From a virus (Duplodnaviria; Heunggongvirae; Uroviricota; Caudoviricetes), in the IMG/VR virus record IMGVR_UViG_3300047388_000185, positions 64,738 through 128,737 of that record: a stretch of DNA of 64,000 bases. One strand, 5' to 3'. A model generated the notes under the pieces. That model ran no database searches, was not told the DNA's origin, and saw only the letters and a list, made by a program, of their open reading frames with translations. The position numbers were made by a program, and so were the translations under genes. This document shows positions 8,985-19,212 of this stretch, piece after piece (positions within the stretch are counted from its first letter, which is position 1; each line of letters opens with the position of its first letter).

Positions 8985-11488
8985 ATGACTCAAGCCAAGC
9001 TTTCCGACATCACCCTCGTTGGCTTCGTCGCATTCATCAAGGCTCAACCTGAGACCCGCAAGATCCTGAGAATGGACAGCGGCTTCAAGGACGACGTCTT
9101 TGGAGACTACACCCAGTCTCTGCTTGGCAGCAGGACTCTCTGCGACGAGGTCTGGGAGCGGCTTCATAACGAATCCGTGAAGCTGCTGGTCGGAGACGAA
9201 AAGATCTTCCTCCTGGATCGTTTGGGTGACCATGCCGTGCACGGAACGTTCCCCACCTACGGCGTGCTGCAGATGTGTTTCCCGACCCTCTTCAAGGAGT
9301 AGTCATGCCATTGACCCGGACTCAGGCTCAGCTGAGAAATCAGCTGGAACTTGTCATTCTCAAAGCCTTACGGCCGAGGCTAGAGGATTTCATTACCCAC
9401 ACCCTGACGGAGAAGTTGGTCACAGAAGGCTCCGATCACATGGCGAAGTACCGGTATGAGGATGGGAACGTCTTCGCCGTTCTCCACAACACCTTGCTGG
9501 AATCCGGTGCAACGCTGGACATCTCAGTCAGAGAGAGGGAGTCGCTGCTCATGAGCGTTTCGTACCGGCTTCGTGAGGCGTCGGAAGCGTTGCATTTCAA
9601 GAAGGAATAACGTGAGGACCGATCCCAATCAAGCCTGCCGAAACGATGAACAACGTTTCTGGTGGGCCTTTCTCCACGACTTCGTGGCGCATCCGTTGAT
9701 GGCGGTTGCGTTCTGGTTTAGTTGGTCTTTGAAATTCCATGACTGGACTTCGAGACAAGCTTGGCCAAGAGCGAATGTCTTCCCACCGGAATTTTCCCAC
9801 ACCTGGATTCCAATCTGGGAGCGAGCTGTGTATCGCCGGTTGTACGGGAACTTCTACGAAGTTCTACATCCAGCCGTAAACCACTCTTTTCGTTGCCAAG
9901 CCGAAAGCGCTGCGGAAGCGTTGGGTAAGGCTCTCGTTCACTTCACAGACCTGGCTCACCGACATGGTGGTCAGTTCGCGTTTCCACCGTTAAAGCCCTG
10001 ACGGGCAAGGGAGTTTCAAATGGAAAATATCCAACATCTGAGCGAAGTCAAACATGGCCAAGTCTTTGCCTTTGGAGGAGAGACGTGGATTGGCTTCGAA
10101 GACAAAGAGATGCCGCTGGAAATGAAAGGGATCCCCCGTTGGAGATTCCTTCGAGCGGATGGGAAGTCTTACGGCAAAACCATACATACTCTTGAAGTCT
10201 GGGAGCGATCCCGAGAGTCCGTAGCCCGCGTCGTCGGGTACTGGTACGACGGGGCCGAAAACCATCCGAGCCGCTGGGTCAAGGCTGCCGAGGCCGAAAC
10301 CTTTGAGCTCCTGGGGGTCACCTGGACCCGCTGCAAGAACGACAAGATGCCAGCAGCATTGGCTGGGCTCAAACGTGGTGAATGGGAGTACTTGACTCAG
10401 GAAGGGATCAATCTCGGCAGGCGTGGCTATCCATACGATCCGGCAGATCATCACGCATATTGGGACGGCCACAACCACGGCATTGTGGCATACCGCATCT
10501 CACCCAGGGAAGTCTCCGAGACCAAATCGGAAACCAATCCCTGCAACGAGATGCCGGAGAAAAAGCCGAAGCACAAGAGCCCCAGCACGCTTCGGACCCA
10601 GGCTGCCTACGCCGAGAAAATGGCCAATGCCGCCATGATCAAGGCCGATGGTGAGGCTGAAACGCCTGAAGCCAAGAAAGAGCGGCTGATCAACGAGATG
10701 GTCGGCAATGGTAACATCTTCGCTCCGCCGAAGCGTGAAACGCATCCCCTGTTCCGGATCACGCCAATGACGACGACGGGCCGGGTGATGTGGGGCGCGG
10801 AACATCACGGGGAGTAGTTCGTGCGCCTACGTTGTGCCAACTGCCAACGCACCCTACTAACAGTAGACAATCCCCCGACGTCTCAGCTTTACGGGACGTA
10901 CGGGGTGATAAGTCTCTGTGGGGAGTGCGCCGAGTATGAGAAAAAGAGGATTGACAAGGCTCAGACCAATTCGATCCCAGAACTTCTCAAGATCTACATT
11001 CACGGAACCGGCCTAATCAAGGCCAAGAAGGAGTTGACATGAGTTTCGAAAAAGCAACAATTGCTGGCCTCGTGGCATTCATCAATCGGCAGCCGGCGAC
11101 GCGGGAGATGGATCACAGCACCTGGTGCGGCTGTGCCGTCGGACATTTCGCCGTCGAGGAGTTGAACGTGGCAACAGATCCAGAAGGGTACTGGGCTTGG
11201 GATGTAGCTCAGCAGTTATATTGCGAAGCTGGTACCAATCAGTTCGAGATAAGTGACTGCTTCAGGAGTCACGGTATTACTGTCCGCTGGAACATGCGGC
11301 AGTCAATCATGGACGTTCTCGACGACAAAAAGTTGCACAATGGTGCCACTTATGGCCAGCTGCGTACGATCATGGCCGAGCGATTCCCGAATCTCGGTTT
11401 CGGGCAGAAGCCCCCTACCGTTCTGGGCAAGCCGACTTGGTTCACAGAATGGTCGGAGAAAAAGTTCGCTGAGCTGGTGGCGGGCTAA
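8985..11488 (+). CDS. Run of small hypothetical proteins (8985-9302, 9304-9610, ~9612-10001, 10020-10817, 10821-11042, 11039-11488)
   Basis: Head-to-tail ORFs with overlapping stop/start codons. 8985-9302 and 11039-11488 share an N-terminal motif (ITLVGFVAFIKAQP / ATIAGLVAFINRQP). Confidence 0.6.
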
Positions 11489-11494
11489 AATCGG

Positions 11495-11516
11495 GAAGGC
11501 TGAAAAGCCTTCTTTT
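11495..11516 (+). terminator. Intrinsic terminator
   Basis: GAAGGC-TGAAAA-GCCTTC-TTTT. Confidence 0.65.
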
Positions 11517-11525
11517 AGCTTATCA

Positions 11526-12140
11526 ATGGCCATCAATCCCCTACAACACGGAGATAAAGTTCTCCTCGTCCGACAACGGCATGAAGCCAAGCGGATGGGT
11601 TTGCATTGGGACTACCGATTTGTGCTTGGGGATAAGGCTTTTTCCTTTGCTACTAAAAAGCATATGCCCGAACCTGGCAAATCAATCGTGTTTTTTGAGC
11701 AACCAGTACACGATGCAGCTTACGCGTTGAGTCAACGAATCGAGATCCCGGATGGGAACTACGGTGCAGGGGTCACGACCATGGATTGGGCTAAGAAGGC
11801 AACGATCGAATCACATGAAGATGGAACGATGGTTATCCACACCGGGGACCAAAGGTTTCTGTTGAAGAAATTGGACGGCTCTAAATACGGCGCCAAGTCC
11901 TGGTTATTTAAGAACTTATCGGATAGTAATATGTCAAACAAATACCTAGAAAAAATCGCTAAGATTTCAATCGACCCCAAGAACAAAGGCAAACTTCATA
12001 AAGCCATGGGCAAACCTGAAGGCGAGGAATTGTCTACGTCAGACGAGGAAGCCGTCAAAGCTAAGGCCAAGAAGAGCGGTAATACAAAGCTTGAGCGTGA
12101 AGCTCAGTTTGCCATCAACGCGAAAAAGTGGAAGAAGTGA
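11526..12140 (+). CDS. LigD-type 3'-phosphoesterase (PE) domain fused to a C-terminal NKYLEKIAK basic module
   Basis: QRHEAKRMGLHWDYRF...SFA...FEQPVHDAAYA...IPDGNYGAG matches the LigD N-terminal PE pattern (QxH...HxDxR...H..Y...IP.G.YGAG); in-frame ATG at 11931 begins MSNKYLEKIAK. Confidence 0.75.
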   Translation: MAINPLQHGDKVLLVRQRHEAKRMGLHWDYRFVLGDKAFSFATKKHMPEPGKSIVFFEQPVHDAAYALSQRIEIPDGNYGAGVTTMDWAKKATIESHEDGTMVIHTGDQRFLLKKLDGSKYGAKSWLFKNLSDSNMSNKYLEKIAKISIDPKNKGKLHKAMGKPEGEELSTSDEEAVKAKAKKSGNTKLEREAQFAINAKKWKK

Positions 12141-12415
12141 ATAAATACCTCGAAAAGATCGCCAGACTTCGCCACCTCAAAAAGGTCCATAAGAGCGAAG
12201 TCCGGGAAATGATCGAGGGAGAACTTAGTGGCCGAGCAGTAGACGCTGCGACCCTTAAAAAGAAGCATAAGCACCACGAGAAGAAAGCAGTTGCTCTGGC
12301 ACTTTACCAATGTCCTGTCACGCAGATGAGGCGTTGGTATGTCAATGGTGAAGAAGTCCCAGCTGGATGGGTTGAAGTTAAGAAGACCTACAAGAAATTC
12401 CCGAAGAAAGCCTAA
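12128..12415 (+). CDS. Small basic protein with NKYLEKIAR motif
   Basis: MEEVNKYLEKIARL...; overlaps both neighbours. Confidence 0.55.
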   Translation: MEEVNKYLEKIARLRHLKKVHKSEVREMIEGELSGRAVDAATLKKKHKHHEKKAVALALYQCPVTQMRRWYVNGEEVPAGWVEVKKTYKKFPKKA

Positions 12416-13319
12416 CGTGTATCCGCGTCATGCCTATAAGCAAATTTCAGAGTCAGATCTAGTTCATCACTTAGGTCCGGATACAGTTGCTTCGCTGAAG
12501 CATGATGGAGCTTCGTTCTTTTTACAAGTAAATGCTGACGGTTCTTCTAATTGGATTTCACGGCGTCAGGGTGTTGCTGGTAATTATCCAGATAAGACCG
12601 ATCGTCTTCCTCACTTGGCTTCGATTAGATTTCCGAAGAAGTATGCTGGGAACGTTATCAACGTTGAACTCATTCACACGGGCAGCCAAGACGCTGACAA
12701 GGATTCACACCGGACTGTTTCTGGAATTCTTAATTCCCTAGGTCCCCGTGCAGCTGAAACTCAGAGACTTCTCGGTCCCGTACGAGCCAAGATGTTCGAC
12801 GTTATCTCTCCGTCATTTGGAACATACAAAGAGAAACTTGAGCACATGCGTGGGTTGGAAAAGGTTATCGGAAAGCCTGAGATCCTATCGACTGTGAAGA
12901 TCTATGAACCGCACGAGATCGACACTTTGCTTCAGAAGACGAAGGACCAGAAGTTAGAAGGCGCAGTTTTCACTTCATTGACCAAACCTGAGGAACAAAA
13001 TCCTCGTCTTAAATTAGTCCACCGAGTCATGCATAACCTGAAGGTGTCCCGTCTCATACAAGAAATAGACACCAACGGTAACCTAAAGCCTTCTATGGGG
13101 GCTGCAGGGGTCGTAGACGCCACTGGAAGAGAAGTTGCAGCCGTAGGTAGCGGGTGGACTAAAAAAGAGCGGGAAGAGTACTGGAAAGACCCTTCTTTGA
13201 TTCTCGGAGAATTGATCCAAGTTGAGTCGAGAGGGATTTCAGCTAATCGACTAAGGGCGCCGGTCTATAACGGGATAGCGGACGGTAGCATCGATACGAT
13301 CAGCACCCCGCTGGTGTGA
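12339..13319 (+). CDS. ATP-dependent DNA ligase (adenylation + OB-fold domains)
   Basis: Motif I SLKHDG, motif IV LEGAVF, motif V PRLKL, OB-fold AVGSGW...QVES...LRAPVY. Confidence 0.85.
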   Translation: MSMVKKSQLDGLKLRRPTRNSRRKPNVYPRHAYKQISESDLVHHLGPDTVASLKHDGASFFLQVNADGSSNWISRRQGVAGNYPDKTDRLPHLASIRFPKKYAGNVINVELIHTGSQDADKDSHRTVSGILNSLGPRAAETQRLLGPVRAKMFDVISPSFGTYKEKLEHMRGLEKVIGKPEILSTVKIYEPHEIDTLLQKTKDQKLEGAVFTSLTKPEEQNPRLKLVHRVMHNLKVSRLIQEIDTNGNLKPSMGAAGVVDATGREVAAVGSGWTKKEREEYWKDPSLILGELIQVESRGISANRLRAPVYNGIADGSIDTISTPLV

Positions 13320-14106
13320 TCCGTGTTGAGCCTGATCCGTTCGTTCCTGGCTGCGTTGCGGCGGCTAGTTGCAAGTTTCGTTGAGCTACTTGAAGACTTG
13401 TGCCGTTAGCAATAGCATAGGTCTGACCTCCGACGATACTGGAGCTATATGCCACTGGCGTGGTTCCTAACTGATCCGACCGACCTAAGCCGAGATATGC
13501 TCCGATAGCAGCGGAAATGCGAGAGGGGAATGAGTTGTTATTCACGTCTCCTTTAAACATCCATCCGTTGGCGCTTGAAGCGGCTGCCTTAAATTTACTT
13601 TCGAGTACGACCATTTGAAGTAGCAACGCTTTTTCTAGGTTTGCATCTCCGAGGAAAGTAGCAACCAAATCGTCTCCTGGATTCACGCAAAGTGTTGCAG
13701 CTAAGTCAGGTCGAGCTGTCTCAATCAAACATCTTCCTGTCTTAGCGGAAGCGCCTCGAACCGAGTTGAGTCCAAGGCTTTGCCCCAACCCTAACGCCTG
13801 AATTCCAACATTAGCATTTGCCTTTTGAGTAGGATTTCCAGTAGCCAAAAGTTTCACTATCGCTGGGCTACTCAGATAATCTTTGGCCACGCTAGATGAA
13901 CCTGAAAGTACTGGCCCCAGAGCGTTAACATTTAAACGACTTTCGTAATACGCCTGTGAAATAAGGATTGAGGTAATATCAGTAACCTGTCCTAACGTCC
14001 CGGCAAAATTGCTTTTGACCTGCGAGTCGTATATCTGCCGCATCTTATTGCGCAGAGTAGTCGTATACCCAGCCTGTGCAACTACTGGCGTTGCGTCGGT
14101 AGCCAT
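13300..14106 (-). CDS. Lytic transglycosylase-like (SLT-fold) protein, possibly virion-associated
   Basis: SQAYYESRLNVNA matches the SLT catalytic-Glu motif, with a later GLGQ; TAATG stop/start overlap with the beta' C-terminal gene. Confidence 0.5.
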   Translation of the reverse strand: MATDATPVVAQAGYTTTLRNKMRQIYDSQVKSNFAGTLGQVTDITSILISQAYYESRLNVNALGPVLSGSSSVAKDYLSSPAIVKLLATGNPTQKANANVGIQALGLGQSLGLNSVRGASAKTGRCLIETARPDLAATLCVNPGDDLVATFLGDANLEKALLLQMVVLESKFKAAASSANGWMFKGDVNNNSFPSRISAAIGAYLGLGRSDQLGTTPVAYSSSIVGGQTYAIANGTSLQVAQRNLQLAAATQPGTNGSGSTRITPAGC

Positions 14107-15932
14107 TAGTACTTACCTTCTTTGCCTTCACCAAACTCATGACCCAGGACATACGATGTAATAGGACTGACCGAGTGAACATCGGACTCCGCCCCGACAG
14201 CAGCACTCTCTTTTAGCGTGTCACGTAGACGAGAGAAGGATAGCTTAGAGACCCAATCTCTGTCAAGCATCTTGGCGCTTTGCAAGCCCGGAACAATAGG
14301 GCGAACCTTGAGACCACTATTCGAGACAGAGACAGTCTTGACGCCGTCATCCTTAAGCTGCTGAATATGATTGGCATCCAGCAACGTTCCCGGAGTCAGG
14401 GAAAAGACACCCTTGGCTAGAACTTTTCCTTCGGCACGGTCAACAGGGAGCTCACTAGATTTAGTCTCAAGATACTTACGGACTTGATTGACGTCTACTT
14501 TTTCCCCAGGCAGGAAAGCAGTTTGACCTGGATCAACGATTTCTACATACTTGATTAGGTTCTTGGCAATCAACTCGAAGTGACGAGGATCCAAGCCACC
14601 CCCATAGATGTCACGCAGCTCTTTAGCCATATACTCTCGGCCAGCACCGATGCCACGCAGACCAACAAGGGTGCGAGGATTCAAGGTACCAGTTGAAAGT
14701 GGTTGACCAATTTGAACGTGATCCCCAACCTTCACTTTCAGATTCTGGTCAATGGGAACGAAGTGCATCTTCTCGTTGACATAAACGTGATTGTCGCCAA
14801 GGGCCGTTGGTCGGATAGCTGTGACTTCTCCGTTCAAGGTTGAAAGAGTGGCTTCATTTGTGAAGTTCTCAGAGGGGTTCGACAGCAAGTTATTTGCCTG
14901 CTCGTACGCATTACCCTTACGCTCGCCCACGGTTGCCTTATGCTTGGTTGAAAGCATAGCCTGGGTTAGAACTTCGGAAACGGACTGGGCTGCAATAACT
15001 CCAACGTTTGTTCCAATTTCTGGAAGAACTCGGTTGGCCATCAATCCAAAGCAACGTTGGCAAACTCCATCTTTCGCCTCGCAGGTCATCACACTTCTAA
15101 CGCCTACTTTCTTTACTCCATTTAGCTCTAGAGATTTCAGCTCATCATCATCAATCATGGTAGAGGTTCCGCGTAAGAATCTACCGAGCAAGCTCTTTTT
15201 ATCTGTGATGGGAACTGAAATACCATTCTTCGTGCCGCAATCCACGATTGTCACGACCTCGTGAAACACAGTGGGACTAAGTTTCTTGAACAAGGCTCCG
15301 GGAAGGGCCGTTGAAAGCTGGGATAGCACAGTAGAGCTTCGACCCATGTAGGAAAGGGCGATCATTTCTGCCGGGGTCATACCCTGGGCAAAAGAGTGTT
15401 TGATTACAACCGGAATCAGTTCACCCTTAACGTTCAAGGACATTAACGGCGTAGAAGTTCCTGAAGCCAATTGCTCCGGTTTACCACGAGCCCCAGAGCT
15501 GGCCATCATAGCCGCTGTTGAGCCCTTACCCAGAAGGAATGAAAGATTCTGGTCTGAGATCTTGGTGTTGTAGGAGCCAGTTAGATCAGTGAGTTTCTGG
15601 TTCTTAACTTGTTTTGTATCAGGCCCATTCAAGAGCAGATGGACTTTTGTATCGTATTCTTTAATCAAGGCATCTCGCTCATCAGAATCGTTGATGTAGT
15701 CGCTGAGAGGAGTGCTTGCACCAATTTCCGTCGCGCGTCCAAAGAAGGTCTTGGCCAGAGAATTGACATGCTCCATAGCCCCAGGTCCGCCGTGCTTTAC
15801 AAGGGTGCGAACAAGTTCAGCCATGGCTGGCTTATCCAGTGGGCGATAAAGCTCAAACGCGTCCTTGCTAGCCTGCGTCGGCATTTCGCTCTTCAGTTTG
15901 ATTGCACCGGGGGTCGTGAACTCATTTGCCAT
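14106..15932 (-). CDS. rpoC: Multisubunit RNA polymerase beta' C-terminal part
   Basis: SGARGK, IVDCG, CEAKDGVCQRCFG (Zn site), trigger-loop AAQSVSEVLTQAMLSTKH. Start placed at ATG 15932 (MANEFTT), which aligns with the beta' region following the middle fragment. Confidence 0.9.
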   Translation of the reverse strand: MANEFTTPGAIKLKSEMPTQASKDAFELYRPLDKPAMAELVRTLVKHGGPGAMEHVNSLAKTFFGRATEIGASTPLSDYINDSDERDALIKEYDTKVHLLLNGPDTKQVKNQKLTDLTGSYNTKISDQNLSFLLGKGSTAAMMASSGARGKPEQLASGTSTPLMSLNVKGELIPVVIKHSFAQGMTPAEMIALSYMGRSSTVLSQLSTALPGALFKKLSPTVFHEVVTIVDCGTKNGISVPITDKKSLLGRFLRGTSTMIDDDELKSLELNGVKKVGVRSVMTCEAKDGVCQRCFGLMANRVLPEIGTNVGVIAAQSVSEVLTQAMLSTKHKATVGERKGNAYEQANNLLSNPSENFTNEATLSTLNGEVTAIRPTALGDNHVYVNEKMHFVPIDQNLKVKVGDHVQIGQPLSTGTLNPRTLVGLRGIGAGREYMAKELRDIYGGGLDPRHFELIAKNLIKYVEIVDPGQTAFLPGEKVDVNQVRKYLETKSSELPVDRAEGKVLAKGVFSLTPGTLLDANHIQQLKDDGVKTVSVSNSGLKVRPIVPGLQSAKMLDRDWVSKLSFSRLRDTLKESAAVGAESDVHSVSPITSYVLGHEFGEGKEGKY

Positions 15933-15960
15933 AAGCCATAGTTTAGCGGAATAGAGCTGT

Positions 15961-15989
15961 TTACACAATTGTAATAATTCTGGTATAAG
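15961..15989 (+). promoter_or_regulatory. Class I promoter variant
   Basis: TTACACAA-N12-TGGTATAAG upstream of ORF 16018. Confidence 0.5.
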
Positions 15990-16017
15990 CAATTATCGAA
16001 GACTTTAAGAGGCCATC

Positions 16018-17583
16018 ATGGTTGACTCCAGTAATAGAAACAATCCGCATGGACGCTTTCAGGCACCTATTCCCCGGCCGATGTCGAATAGTAGGGTAGG
16101 ATCTTCCTTAGTAGCCTCCTTAGTCGACAGAAGCAAGATTCTAATTCCACCAAAGCCTTCTAAATTCAAAATGCCTAAAGCTGCTAAAGTTCCCAGCCCA
16201 AAAGCGGACACAATGACTGAAGAGACTAAAGAGGCTATCCACCCGTTCATCCTCGAACATCGTGTCGGGACGACCGAACGCGTCACCTCTATGGACCCGA
16301 TGAGCGAAGGGTTCATCCGATCGTTGCGTATTCCCTATAAAGGGAAGTATTCGAATAAGGCCGTCCCGTCGACGGAACAGATCCCAGCCGGCATTCTCAC
16401 TGCTTTGATCCAGACCAAGATTTCTACGTTAATGCAGGAGGCGGTTCCTGGGACTGCATATATCACGGCCCTGCCACTGACTGATCTCGGGCGCCCTTGG
16501 AAGGCTGATGGCTGGATCGATCCCTCTTTTCGAATATCAACTGCTTGCGTTTTGAATCGACCGGGTAGAACCGTAGCGTTTTCAGCCTCAAAGGTCTTGA
16601 TGGAATGCTGGAGGTATCGTGAGCCTGACTTTGTTTGTTCGATAGATGTCAGTGGACGGCCCGTCCGAGCGACCCTTGTCAATAAGTTCGAAGCAGTCAC
16701 AGAGAAATTGATCTGCTATTCGTTCATCATGAAATATGATGCCGAGAAAGACGACGTGGTAGGGGGGATGCAAGACCTAGTCCATGTCTGGGTTAACGCT
16801 ACCTACTCTGCCAACTCCGGTCGAAGTCTACCGATGTATTTCGAAGAGGCAGGGGCTTACTCGTTCATCCTGAACGCAGTCACAGCCTGCCTGGGTTTGG
16901 AAATTGATGCGACGGGTGACGTTGCGTTACTTGCTGAGGGAAAAGTCGGCGTTCGAAGGACGGCTCTGAATAAGAATCAATGTTCGACACTACAAGCTCT
17001 CAATGTCCTGGTAGACTTTGGAAAGGTAGTGAACTCAGGAATTCCTCCTGCTTGGGGTGCCATGTCCAATGTAGACTGGCAAGGTATTGGGTTCGAACTT
17101 CAGCCTGGAGGCGTAGTCTGGAATGCGAGTGTGCAAACTTCTCATCTCCCCTGGCAAGTTCAAGCACATAGGGTGAAGTCCAACGGAGTATTTCCAGCTT
17201 CGATTAGACGCACTTTCGGAGTAGTAGGGGGAAGTCTCGGCGGAGCCAGGGCTTTATTTGAGCTGTCTCCATCAGCTCGAAAGCCTGTGATCTCCAAGTC
17301 AGTCGGGCAGTTGTTTTGGAATAATCTTAAAACCAATGACGATATTGATTCGTTTGATTCGGCAATCCGGGAATTGCGTACGGAGTACTTGACAGACGAG
17401 CTGATAGACGAGATGAAGAAGCTGGACGAAACCGTATCTGCAACAGAGCTCTTCGATGCGACTTATAACAGCTCGGATAAGCTGGGACGATTCGTATTCG
17501 AGAGAAGTCTTCCGGGGTACGTGAAACCGGTTGCTGTCGAGGCGAGAGTCGAGACTGTGGAAGCTCGAGAAACTTCTGATTGA
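16018..17583 (+). CDS. Large hypothetical protein (521 aa)
   Basis: Long ORF with a basic, Pro-rich N-terminus; no family recognised. Confidence 0.75.
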   Translation: MVDSSNRNNPHGRFQAPIPRPMSNSRVGSSLVASLVDRSKILIPPKPSKFKMPKAAKVPSPKADTMTEETKEAIHPFILEHRVGTTERVTSMDPMSEGFIRSLRIPYKGKYSNKAVPSTEQIPAGILTALIQTKISTLMQEAVPGTAYITALPLTDLGRPWKADGWIDPSFRISTACVLNRPGRTVAFSASKVLMECWRYREPDFVCSIDVSGRPVRATLVNKFEAVTEKLICYSFIMKYDAEKDDVVGGMQDLVHVWVNATYSANSGRSLPMYFEEAGAYSFILNAVTACLGLEIDATGDVALLAEGKVGVRRTALNKNQCSTLQALNVLVDFGKVVNSGIPPAWGAMSNVDWQGIGFELQPGGVVWNASVQTSHLPWQVQAHRVKSNGVFPASIRRTFGVVGGSLGGARALFELSPSARKPVISKSVGQLFWNNLKTNDDIDSFDSAIRELRTEYLTDELIDEMKKLDETVSATELFDATYNSSDKLGRFVFERSLPGYVKPVAVEARVETVEARETSD

Positions 17584-17608
17584 CTGAGAGTGCGGGGAAG
17601 ACTAAAAT
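17580..17608 (+). promoter_or_regulatory. sigma70-like promoter TTGACT-N17-TAAAAT, 6 nt before the ATG
   Basis: TTGACT GAGAGTGCGGGGAAGAC TAAAAT CCGGCC ATG. Confidence 0.65.
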
Positions 17609-17614
17609 CCGGCC

Positions 17615-19189
17615 ATGGCCTGTGATTCTAAGTCTTTTCCCGCACCTTCTTTTTTAGGCAACGTGTACCTAACCAAGGCAGCGGCAATTCTGGCTGAGAA
17701 GGGTAAGGCTACGGTGAGCCGGATGGCGGCCGAGGTTGCGCCGGAAGCGGTCAAGCAGAGGAACACGAAAGGTGAGGGTTTGCAGCCTCATCAGGAAGAG
17801 GCTCTGAAGAGACTCGAAAGTTCTGGCGGATTGATTTTGCACCATTCGACGGGGTCCGGTAAGACTAAGACGTTCCTCACGGCCATCCAACGTTCAATGG
17901 AAGCGGACAAGAAGAAGCGTGCTCTCGTTGTAGCCCCTGCTAGTCTTGTCATGAACATTGACAAAGAGCTTGAAAAGCATAAAATCAAATTGGATCGTAA
18001 TCGCTTGGACGTGTACTCGTACGAGAAAGCCACGCGCATGGCGGATGAGCTCGGTAAGAATAAGTATTCAATCGCCGTAGCTGATGAAGCCCAGCGGCTC
18101 CGCAATCCCGGGACTCAACGAGTTAAGGCTTTATCCGACCTGATGCGTAGCGCTGACAGGCGTCTGTTAGCCACTGCTACGGCACAGTACAATCAGCCTG
18201 GTGACCTTGCCCCGCTGATTAACATCGCAGCCGATGACGACCTCATGCCGGAAGATAAGAAGGCATTCGAGAACCGCTATCTGAAAAAGGTCCTCAAGAG
18301 CCGCACCATGTTGCAGGTTCTAATGCGCAAGGCTCCGGAAGAGTCCATCGAGTTGAAGAACAAAGACGAGATGCGAGACATCTTCGATGAATACGTTCAT
18401 CACTATGATGCCAAGGATGATCCTGCTGCCAAGGATAAATTCCCAACTGTCACAGATGAAGTAATTGAAGCTCCTATGGACGCTGAGCAACGTAAAGCTT
18501 ATGCGTTCATGGAAGGCCGCATGCCCTGGTGGATTAAGCAAAAAATACGCTTTAATATGCCGATGGATAAGAAAGAGAAATCTCAACTCAATAGCTTCTC
18601 TTCCGGCGTTAGACAAGTATCTACAGGATATCGACATTATAATCAAGATCCGAATTCTGTTGCATATACCCCGAAGATTGAAATGGCCGTAGCTAATCTA
18701 GAGAAGAAGATGCATGAAACCAAGGATTTTCGAGGTCTAGTATACTCTGGCTTCTTAGATGCCGGTGTCAACGAATATTCACGGAGGCTAAAAGAAAGAG
18801 GGATAAATCATGCTACATTTACTGGTGCCTTATCCGCCGAACAGAAGGATGCCCTAGTCAAAGACTATAATGCAGGTAAAAATCCCGTTCTAGTTGTTTC
18901 TAAAAGCGGGGCGGAGGGTCTTGATCTAAAGGGAACGAGACTCACCCAGGTGCTTGATCCATTCTTCAATGGATCGCTTACGGAACAGGTTGTAGGTCGA
19001 GGAGCTCGCTATGAGTCTCACAGCCATCTTCCGAAAGAAGATCGAAATATGCATATTGAATATTATCGTACCGTACACCCCAAACATCTTCTAGGCCGAA
19101 CCCCGACCTCTATCGATCAGTACCTTGCGGATAATTCCGATGACAAAGCGCAAATTTTCGATAAGGTCAAAAAACTAATGGACAATTAG
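17615..19189 (+). CDS. SNF2-family (SF2) helicase/ATPase
   Basis: Walker A HSTGSGKT, Walker B VADEAQ, LATAT, GAEGLDL, motif VI QVVGRGAR. Confidence 0.9.
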   Translation: MACDSKSFPAPSFLGNVYLTKAAAILAEKGKATVSRMAAEVAPEAVKQRNTKGEGLQPHQEEALKRLESSGGLILHHSTGSGKTKTFLTAIQRSMEADKKKRALVVAPASLVMNIDKELEKHKIKLDRNRLDVYSYEKATRMADELGKNKYSIAVADEAQRLRNPGTQRVKALSDLMRSADRRLLATATAQYNQPGDLAPLINIAADDDLMPEDKKAFENRYLKKVLKSRTMLQVLMRKAPEESIELKNKDEMRDIFDEYVHHYDAKDDPAAKDKFPTVTDEVIEAPMDAEQRKAYAFMEGRMPWWIKQKIRFNMPMDKKEKSQLNSFSSGVRQVSTGYRHYNQDPNSVAYTPKIEMAVANLEKKMHETKDFRGLVYSGFLDAGVNEYSRRLKERGINHATFTGALSAEQKDALVKDYNAGKNPVLVVSKSGAEGLDLKGTRLTQVLDPFFNGSLTEQVVGRGARYESHSHLPKEDRNMHIEYYRTVHPKHLLGRTPTSIDQYLADNSDDKAQIFDKVKKLMDN

Positions 19190-19212
19190 TTAAATTTAGA
19201 ATAGAATTAATT

